DNA from: a virus
Lineage: Duplodnaviria > Caudoviricetes
DNA length: 27,091 nt
IMG/VR virus record: IMGVR_UViG_3300048591_000337
Span: 1 to 27,091 of that record
Direction: 5' to 3' (one strand)
In this document: one piece after another, positions 1 to 5,157 of the stretch
Numbering within the stretch: position 1 is the stretch's first letter
How the letters are laid out: each line of letters starts with the position of its first letter
The notes under the pieces: generated by a model
The model's input: only the letters and a program-made list of their open reading frames with translations
The model's database searches: none
Told to the model about the DNA's origin: nothing
Program-made: the position numbers and the translations under genes

Positions 1-197
1 TCCTTGATGGCTACCATCATGCCCTGTGCTTCATCTCTGATAACCTCGTCGCCCGAACGCTGCGTGACTGCGGAAGCCTTGTCCGCTTGCCGGGCATCCT
101 CGCCCGAACAAGCGGATGAAGCAGAATAGGGGCACTCATGCCTTTGGTAGTCTGTGTCCCAGCTAACTCCACATTTTCTGCAATAATCGCTATTCAT
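1..197 (-). CDS. Cassette hypothetical protein, partial (duplicate of 1563-1838, H to Y change); 3' end outside window
   Basis: Same sequence as 1642-1838; begins MNSDYCRKCGVSWDTDYQRHECPYSASSACSG. Confidence 0.65.
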   Translation of the reverse strand, partial: MNSDYCRKCGVSWDTDYQRHECPYSASSACSGEDARQADKASAVTQRSGDEVIRDEAQGMMVAIK

Positions 198-228
198 AAT
201 CCCCTCTCTGCTTATCACGCAGCGTTAT
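1..228 (+). repeat. Direct repeat copy A (matches 1642-1869; duplicated cassette, left end outside window)
   Basis: Identical to 1642-1869 except for one substitution (128 A vs 1769 G). Identity ends at GCGTTAT. Confidence 0.97.
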
Positions 229-230
229 GC
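103..230 (+). repeat. attC-like recombination site 1 (copy of site 5)
   Basis: R'' CCCGAAC 103-109. Arm GCGGATGAAGCAGA pairs with TCTGCTTATCACGC, with an extra G in the left arm. R' GTTATGC 224-230. Confidence 0.8.
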
Positions 231-233
231 CGA

Positions 234-554
234 TCATGTATCCAGCAAAAACTGCGTAGCTTTTCTGACGACCGCTGCTAGTGCTGCCTTGTCCTTATTG
301 TCAAATAAATCGAACAGCAGAGTGTCTATCGCTTGGTGAACATGCAGAGTACCGTTTCGACCTGCCCGCAACCACTCGACGTAACTTTGGTACGAATCAA
401 TCCGATCGCCGTTCCGAATTGCCCTCGCCAACTCAATTTCGTTGGTGACCTCAAGCATCGTCCTAGCGTGCTCTCTCAACTCATAAAGTGACGGCATAAC
501 AACGCGATGCAACGGAGCGGACGTATCCACGGCATCGACAGGTTTTTCATTCAT
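234..554 (-). CDS. Cassette hypothetical protein (106 aa, MNEKPVDAV...)
   Basis: 3' part of ORF 234..830. ATG at 554 is preceded by AAAGGAAA and lies in the loop of attC site 2. The ORF fills the cassette. Confidence 0.7.
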   Translation of the reverse strand: MNEKPVDAVDTSAPLHRVVMPSLYELREHARTMLEVTNEIELARAIRNGDRIDSYQSYVEWLRAGRNGTLHVHQAIDTLLFDLFDNKDKAALAAVVRKATQFLLDT

Positions 555-618
555 GTACGTTTTCCTTTGATTTATCGACACGTTGTAAATGTCCGCCCGC
601 TGATCGCGAGCGTTCGTC
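494..618 (+). repeat. attC-like recombination site 2
   Basis: R'' GCATAAC 494-500. CGCGAT(G)CAACGGAGCGGAC pairs with GTCCGCCCGCTGATCGCG. R' GTTCGTC 612-618. Confidence 0.85.
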
Positions 619-622
619 GTAC

Positions 623-967
623 CTAATCCGCCCGCATCGTCCTGATTCCAGGCTCTTGCGGAAAGAACCTTCCAGCGTCTTGCTTTGCCATGAATCGCAC
701 GAATACTTGATCTCTGAATCTTTCGTGCATCCGATGCAATGCTAACGCCCACATCATCAAACCACGTTTGCGGTTTCCGCCTGCCAAGCCGATGTATCGC
801 TTGGCAATTGGCGTATTTTGCTCTCGCCACACTGTGCCGTCTGGCATCAATGCCATGCCGAGGTAATGCACTCGCACACCGCTATCGTGCTGCCACGTAG
901 AGCATCCGACGAATCTCCAACCAGGACCGGGACGACGAACAATTCCTTCAATTGCCGCCTCGCTCAT
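623..967 (-). CDS. Cassette hypothetical protein (114 aa)
   Basis: ORF from the track. It overlaps the end of the upstream ORF and stops just before the R' box at 612-618. Confidence 0.65.
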   Translation of the reverse strand: MSEAAIEGIVRRPGPGWRFVGCSTWQHDSGVRVHYLGMALMPDGTVWREQNTPIAKRYIGLAGGNRKRGLMMWALALHRMHERFRDQVFVRFMAKQDAGRFFPQEPGIRTMRAD

Positions 968-1154
968 CTTCGATAAACTCCTGATACTTAACTCGAAACA
1001 TTGAAACGTGTGCTCGGTGCTTACAATCGAAACACTTTGCTCGCGTCAACTCGACTTGCTTGGCTCGATACGATCGACACTTCGGGCAACGCAATTCCCA
1101 ATCGGACGACGAACAATCGGATGCACCGAAGTCCTCGATCTTCTCTTTTGACAT
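948..1154 (-). CDS. Cassette small zinc-ribbon-like protein (68 aa)
   Basis: CPKC...CFDC motifs. ATG at 1154 lies in the loop of attC site 3, after a purine-rich GAGAAAGAGAG. Confidence 0.6.
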   Translation of the reverse strand: MSKEKIEDFGASDCSSSDWELRCPKCRSYRAKQVELTRAKCFDCKHRAHVSMFRVKYQEFIEDERGGN

Positions 1155-1197
1155 ACCAATCTCTCTTTCTCGGACTCGGTGATCCGTGACGTTAGGT
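1108..1197 (+). repeat. attC-like recombination site 3
   Basis: R'' GACGAAC 1108-1114. CGGAT(G)CACCGAAGTCC pairs with GGACTCGGTGATCCG. R' GTTAGGT 1191-1197. Confidence 0.85.
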
Positions 1198-1431
1198 GGA
1201 CGAAACGCCCATCGTTGAATCCAACGCAGAACGCAAACCATGAATGGAATCGCGAAGCTGTTCATTCACCTCAATCAAGTAATCAATTGCCGCTAGTGAC
1301 TGACCTGGTGGGACATCGATTTCTCGACGCAGACACTCTCGTATGTCATTGACAACTCCGGGGACATCAACCGCGCGTTGCCGCATTGCCTCTATCATCA
1401 CGCCATAACCGCTCGGAAACTTAACTGACAT
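1192..1431 (-). CDS. Cassette hypothetical protein (about 79 aa; alternative GTG start at 1440)
   Basis: The ORF fills the cassette exactly. An SD-like AGGTGG overlaps the R'' box, and the TAA stop lies within the R' box GTTAGGT. Confidence 0.7.
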   Translation of the reverse strand: MSVKFPSGYGVMIEAMRQRAVDVPGVVNDIRECLRREIDVPPGQSLAAIDYLIEVNEQLRDSIHGLRSALDSTMGVSST

Positions 1432-1438
1432 AATCGCC

Positions 1439-1527
1439 ACCTAACAAACCAATGCAACCGAGCGGCCATCGATCGCTTTTGAAGTGGTAAATCAACCGTG
1501 GCCGCCGGTTGATTGGTAGCGTTCTGG
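1439..1527 (+). repeat. attC-like recombination site 4
   Basis: R'' ACCTAAC 1439-1445. CCAAT(G)CAACCGAGCGGCCA pairs with TGGCCGCCGGTTGATTGG. R' GTTCTGG 1521-1527. Confidence 0.88.
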
Positions 1528-1562
1528 CGACGAATGGAATTTCGCGTCCATCGCTCATGCAA

Positions 1563-1838
1563 TTATTCTTGACGAGTTATCTCGATTCGCACTTTGAAAC
1601 CTTCGATTAAAAAGTCTTTGTATGCCCCATGTATCCGAAGTTCCTTGATGGCTACCATCATGCCCTGTGCTTCATCTCTGATAACCTCGTCGCCCGAACG
1701 CTGCGTGACTGCGGAAGCCTTGTCCGCTTGCCGGGCATCCTCGCCCGAACAAGCGGATGAAGCAGAATGGGGGCACTCATGCCTTTGGTAGTCTGTGTCC
1801 CAGCTAACTCCACATTTTCTGCAATAATCGCTATTCAT
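1563..1838 (-). CDS. Cassette hypothetical protein (91 aa, N-terminal CxxC...HxC)
   Basis: Part of ORF 1563..1859. ATG at 1838 follows GAGAGGGG inside attC site 5. Confidence 0.65.
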   Translation of the reverse strand: MNSDYCRKCGVSWDTDYQRHECPHSASSACSGEDARQADKASAVTQRSGDEVIRDEAQGMMVAIKELRIHGAYKDFLIEGFKVRIEITRQE

Positions 1839-1869
1839 AATCCCCTCTCTGCTTATCACGCAGCGTTAT
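1642..1869 (+). repeat. Direct repeat copy B (matches 1-228)
   Basis: Direct comparison of the two segments at offset 1641. Confidence 0.97.
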
Positions 1870-1871
1870 CG
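1744..1871 (+). repeat. attC-like recombination site 5
   Basis: R'' CCCGAAC 1744-1750. GCGGAT(G)AAGCAGAATGGGG pairs with CCCCTCTCTGCTTATCACGC. R' GTTATCG 1865-1871. Confidence 0.8.
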
Positions 1872-2132
1872 GGACGACGCCATCTGAATCGCCCGATCAA
1901 CTGCGTCTCTTGCTTCCTTCAAATCTTGCATTGCGTCACCCTTACCGCGAATGCCACTACACAACAGTTTCTTGATGGCGTGTTGCCTCGCTGGACACGT
2001 CACCGCAAAGGCTTCGAGGATCGCGTAAACATCGGCCCGGCCATCAACCAGACAACGCATCTCACGAAGATACTTCGAGCCGCTTTGGTTGAATCGTTGA
2101 ACAACATCATCTTTGGTTAGGTTTGTAGACAT
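1866..2132 (-). CDS. Conserved phage protein, DUF3310-like (88 aa)
   Basis: Motif DVYAILEAF...HAIKKLLCSGIRGKGDAMQDLKEA resembles a common phage family from recall. GGAGGTGA precedes ATG 2132. Confidence 0.65.
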   Translation of the reverse strand: MSTNLTKDDVVQRFNQSGSKYLREMRCLVDGRADVYAILEAFAVTCPARQHAIKKLLCSGIRGKGDAMQDLKEARDAVDRAIQMASSR

Positions 2133-2263
2133 TTTCGCCCGAATCACCTCCGGGCTAATGTCCTGCGTCCCTGGCTTCCTCTCTTTGCTTTCATGTAAAG
2201 CAACGGCCTGTTGATTCAGCCTCTTCAAAGTTTCCAGTCCGTGTACCAATTTCGTTCTCCTAT

Positions 2264-2584
2264 TCAGTTTGTGTAACCAGGAGGCGTCCAATCCGTCGCC
2301 ACCTTTCCTTGCTCGATATAACTCAACTCCGGCGCCTTCATGCCCCATCTGGAAGCAGCCTCGCGCAGACCAAGACCAAGTGTGGTCACTCGGTACTTGC
2401 GGAAAGTTAGCCCACGTTCATATTGCTCAACCTGTTGGCTTGAAATCCACCCAACTCCTTCACAGGTAGTACACTCAAGCTCTCTTATTGGTGGTCCACT
2501 CATTCCAGGTGCATAGGACACAATGACAATGGAAGACTCGCCAGCCCCGTTACATTCCGGGCATTTTGTCTTGTCGCTACTCAT
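2264..2584 (-). CDS. DnaJ-type zinc finger (CxxCxGxG x2) fused to an XRE-like HTH
   Basis: CPECNGAG and CTTCEGVG, followed by LGLREAASRWGMKAPELSYIEQG. GGAG RBS precedes ATG 2584. Confidence 0.75.
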   Translation of the reverse strand: MSSDKTKCPECNGAGESSIVIVSYAPGMSGPPIRELECTTCEGVGWISSQQVEQYERGLTFRKYRVTTLGLGLREAASRWGMKAPELSYIEQGKVATDWTPPGYTN

Positions 2585-2614
2585 TCGCAACTCTCCAATA
2601 ATCCCAGTTAGTCC

Positions 2615-2694
2615 AAAAACCCTGCCCGCAGTGTTCATCGTGAACTCCAACAGCCACCTCGAAAAAGTGTTAGTGTTGTTCACCTGCGGGCAGG
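2615..2694 (-). terminator. Long hairpin followed by a U tract (terminator or processing stem)
   Basis: Perfect 11-bp inverted repeat CCTGCCCGCAG (2621-2631 / 2684-2694), inner GTGAAC/GTTCAC stem, then GTTTTT on the minus strand. Confidence 0.5.
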
Positions 2695-2697
2695 CAG

Positions 2698-2778
2698 AGC
2701 CCCATCGCGGATTCGAACCGCTCCAGTGCCTGGCCGTCCTTGGACGCTCCTTGCACCACTCAACCTTGAGCATGGGGC
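2698..2778 (-). ncRNA. tRNA-like RNA with no canonical anticodon loop
   Basis: Acceptor GCCCCAT/ATGGGGC, D-like hairpin CTCAAGGTTGAG, T arm GCGG-TTCGAAT-CCGC. The central arm GGTGC...GCACT encloses CGTCCAAGGACG. Confidence 0.65.
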
Positions 2779-2819
2779 TTAGGTGCCACACTCCCAGCAG
2801 TGGCCGCTGACCGTACTTT

Positions 2820-3140
2820 TTAAGTCCTTAAACGGCTTTGACTTTTTTCTTCGCCTTCCTTCGCTGCCACATCAGCCGCAATCCCTGGCTGATTCGCTTC
2901 TGTCGTTCCTTCGCTGTCAGTTTCTTGCGTTTCTTCATCGTCATCTTCAACCAATGGTTCGTATGTCCAGTCTCCGTCTTGACACGCCAACCTTCCCTGT
3001 ATTGTGTCGCACCAATAAAACACCATCACATGGCCAAACGCACAGTCGATATCCCTCGCTTCGTTCAGTGCATCAATAACTTTGGCGATTGCCCGCAGCT
3101 CGTCTGCAGTGTGATACATTCCATAACGTTTCTTGGCCAT
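2820..3140 (-). CDS. Hypothetical protein with acidic C-terminus (106 aa)
   Basis: ORF with a GAGGA RBS, lying between tRNA-like elements. Confidence 0.7.
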   Translation of the reverse strand: MAKKRYGMYHTADELRAIAKVIDALNEARDIDCAFGHVMVFYWCDTIQGRLACQDGDWTYEPLVEDDDEETQETDSEGTTEANQPGIAADVAAKEGEEKSQSRLRT

Positions 3141-3161
3141 TTGGTTTCCTCTCTGTAAAAG

Positions 3162-3298
3162 CGGACCAGGCAGGAATCGAACCTGCGCCCCGGTTGGTGT
3201 CTCGCGTCAACCGGTTGTACTGCCGTTCGTGTTGAAACAAACCGAACCGTACTATCCAGGGGCGGTCAGCCCCCAGCTCTACCCTGAGCTACTGGTCC
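3162..3298 (-). tRNA. tRNA-like RNA, possible Val(GAC), with an approximately 70-nt variable-region insertion
   Basis: Acceptor GGACCAG/CTGGTCC, D arm TAGCTCAGGGTAGAGC, anticodon arm GGGGG-CTGACCG-CCCCT, T arm GCAGG-TTCGATT-CCTGC. Total 137 nt; no encoded CCA. Confidence 0.65.
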
Positions 3299-3437
3299 AA
3301 AATGCCCGTCTCTCCGAGCTGTCACGGTCTCCATGCTTCGCACCCACCGTTCGCTGCTGTCAGTCATGGCCCCGGCGACGATGTAAGCCATCGGTCTCGT
3401 CGCTCCACTTAACCTTGCGGTGATGGCTAGTGCTCAG

Positions 3438-3536
3438 TGACTCGGGCAGGATTCGCACCCGCTATTGGCTTCTGCACCGTCAGGAGAGCCACATCCCTGA
3501 TGCAGATATTGCGTGTTCCCACCACGCCGCCGAGTC
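3438..3536 (-). ncRNA. tRNA-like RNA with extended anticodon-position stem
   Basis: Acceptor GACTCGG/CCGAGTC, D-like GCGTG-GTGGGAA-CACGC, T-like GCGGG-TGCGAAT-CCTGC, central stem TCTGCA-TCAGG...CCTGA-CGG-TGCAGA. Confidence 0.6.
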
Positions 3537-3543
3537 AAAAAAA

Positions 3544-4275
3544 TCACTCCCAAACTTCAACTATTCTCCTTCCAATCCATTCTGCGACTTGCGGCACAAC
3601 TGCGTTGCCGAGTCCTCTAAGTCGGTCCACATAGGCGGAAATCCCTGAACGGCTTCGATGACCGCTATGCTCGGGTATGGCTGGCCATGATGCCTTGCCC
3701 ACCAATGTGTAAATGTTGTTTCTCGGTTGGCTTTCGGATGATCTTTGGTGGTTCCACCCTTCCATGCGTTGGCTGTCGGCGTTGGCATCGACACCGAGCA
3801 CAAACAATCGTTCTCGACGATGCCTAGCGCCAACGCAACACGCCCTAAATCGGAAGGGCAAGCAAGCGTAACCAAGCGACTCAAGGCCAGCTCGGAATCG
3901 AAACCAAGGCCAGGGAGCATCGACTCTGATGTGGCTTGGATTTTCTCTGACCACAATGCGAGGGCGAACCTCTTCAACAATTCGCAGGAACTCACCGCCA
4001 AGACTCTCTTTTTTGGATCGACCGGCACCCACTGCCGCGCTGTTAGCTTGGCATGGGTCTCCTCCACAGATAACGTCAACTCGCTCAAGGTTGTGTTTTC
4101 CGCACTGCTTAATGTCTCGTTCTCTATGAACGCTTGGCCAATGTTTTTCAAGCACTTTTGTTGCGTAGTCATCTATCTCCACCTGCCACTTGCAAACCAT
4201 CCCTGCCTGTTCAAAACCAAGATCAAATCCGCCGATTCCAGCAAATAAACTTCCAAACGTAATCACAGATTCCAT
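3544..4275 (-). CDS. DNA (cytosine-5)-methyltransferase
   Basis: Motif I SLFAGIGG, catalytic GGDPCQ, REN, RRERLF and C-terminal LGNAVVPQVAEWIG. Likely start is MESVITF at 4275. Confidence 0.93.
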   Translation of the reverse strand: MESVITFGSLFAGIGGFDLGFEQAGMVCKWQVEIDDYATKVLEKHWPSVHRERDIKQCGKHNLERVDVICGGDPCQANSAAVGAGRSKKESLGGEFLRIVEEVRPRIVVRENPSHIRVDAPWPWFRFRAGLESLGYACLPFRFRACCVGARHRRERLFVLGVDANADSQRMEGWNHQRSSESQPRNNIYTLVGKASWPAIPEHSGHRSRSGISAYVDRLRGLGNAVVPQVAEWIGRRIVEVWE

Positions 4276-4425
4276 CCTAAAAATTGCACCGCCCACTTTG
4301 CCGCCGATATGGTCACGGTGCTGAGAAGGAGCCTCACAATCACCTAGCGTCAACGGCTGCCTGTAAGTGATTGCTACATGAAAAAGCGCCCGAGGTTTGC
4401 CGCGCCGGGCTCGCGGTCGAAAGGT

Positions 4426-4590
4426 TCAATCAAACAATCCTGGCTGCCTGAGCACCGCGCCCAGGGCATCATCCACCTGCTTTTCGAGCCGCTTCGATTT
4501 CTCGAGCGCCGGCCCGCTGCGCGTTCGAAAATACTCTCGCTGAGCCGTTCGCATTTCCTGCACCAAACTAGCTAGTTGCTCTACAGTCAC
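4426..4590 (-). CDS. Small phage hypothetical protein (54 aa)
   Basis: GTG start overlaps the upstream TGA (GTGA). Helical MRTAQREYFRTR...LEKQVD; ends QPGLFD. Confidence 0.65.
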   Translation of the reverse strand: MTVEQLASLVQEMRTAQREYFRTRSGPALEKSKRLEKQVDDALGAVLRQPGLFD

Positions 4591-4823
4591 GCCAGCACCC
4601 CAGCGTCGTTTCGTTTCTTGCCTTTGGAAACGTCCTGCAGCCAAACCGACCTGGTATTGGCCTGGTAGTCCCGACCATCCCATTCCAGCAACTCACCATT
4701 CCGCCAGATGCAGAACTCACCCCAACCGATGATCGAGAACTGAATGTATCCCTCGTCAACGTCGGTGATTTGCACTCGATTGGCCCCGAGCCCCTGGAGA
4801 AGTCGGTTAAATTGCTCAATCAT
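4587..4823 (-). CDS. Hypothetical protein (78 aa)
   Basis: ORF tightly overlapping both neighbours. Confidence 0.6.
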   Translation of the reverse strand: MIEQFNRLLQGLGANRVQITDVDEGYIQFSIIGWGEFCIWRNGELLEWDGRDYQANTRSVWLQDVSKGKKRNDAGVLA

Positions 4824-5157
4824 CGCTTTGCCCCTCCAGCGCCAAAACCAAACTCATCACCACATCGTTGCCAGCAGATAGCGGAACATCGATGTACCAA
4901 TCCACATGGCCAGACGAACAGTGCTGTATCGTGATCCAGGGACAATGGTTGGACTCACCGATTACTTTCACCTTCCCCTTCCGGTAGGTCGGCCTGGTCG
5001 GTCGATCTGGCCTGCTGTCAGACTCGGAAGGCTTAAACCCAAGCCCCAACAGCAGCTCCCTGGCGCAGCTCACTGTGGCCGGTCTGGAGTCGCTACGCCG
5101 CTTGGGGCGTCCGCTGACATGGACGCCACCGCTTTTCTTTCGCTCCTTAACTCGCAC
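4816..5157 (-). CDS. Hypothetical protein (113 aa)
   Basis: ORF coupled to recT and to the downstream ORF. Confidence 0.55.
   Translation of the reverse strand: MRVKERKKSGGVHVSGRPKRRSDSRPATVSCARELLLGLGFKPSESDSRPDRPTRPTYRKGKVKVIGESNHCPWITIQHCSSGHVDWYIDVPLSAGNDVVMSLVLALEGQSDD

Larger units (their letters stand above)
1..1871 (+). mobile_element. Integron-like gene cassette array (at least 5 attC sites, no integrase in window) embedded in a phage genome; runs off the left edge
   Basis: Five imperfect palindromes of the form nnnnAAC-AAnnnn-ATG(C/A)A...AT-n7/8-GTT. The GTT end opening each cassette is the reverse complement of the AAC end closing it. One cassette is duplicated, with the breakpoint at GTT. 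Confidence 0.85.

Noticed and set aside
555-830. N-terminal extension of ORF 234..830
   Set aside because: It overlaps ORF 623..967 and crosses the cassette junction; a better start with an RBS exists at 554.
1-1871. CRISPR array or DGR template/variable repeat as explanation for the repeats
   Set aside because: The units are long, divergent palindromes separated by whole genes. The 228-bp repeat has only one mismatch, and no reverse transcriptase or cas gene is present.
2585-2791. N-terminal extension of ORF 2264..2791
   Set aside because: It runs through a tRNA-like element and a hairpin; the RBS supports ATG 2584.
3162-3298. tmRNA or group I intron-containing tRNA
   Set aside because: Too short; it has a full D arm, and I see no tag reading frame or group I core.
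3561-4172. 203-aa alternate-frame ORF inside the methyltransferase
   Set aside because: No recognisable motifs, and it is fully nested in a well-supported gene.
4378-4420. Possible terminator after the small ORF
   Set aside because: A GC-rich stem and U tract are present, but the pairing is ambiguous between alternative stems; too weak to call.
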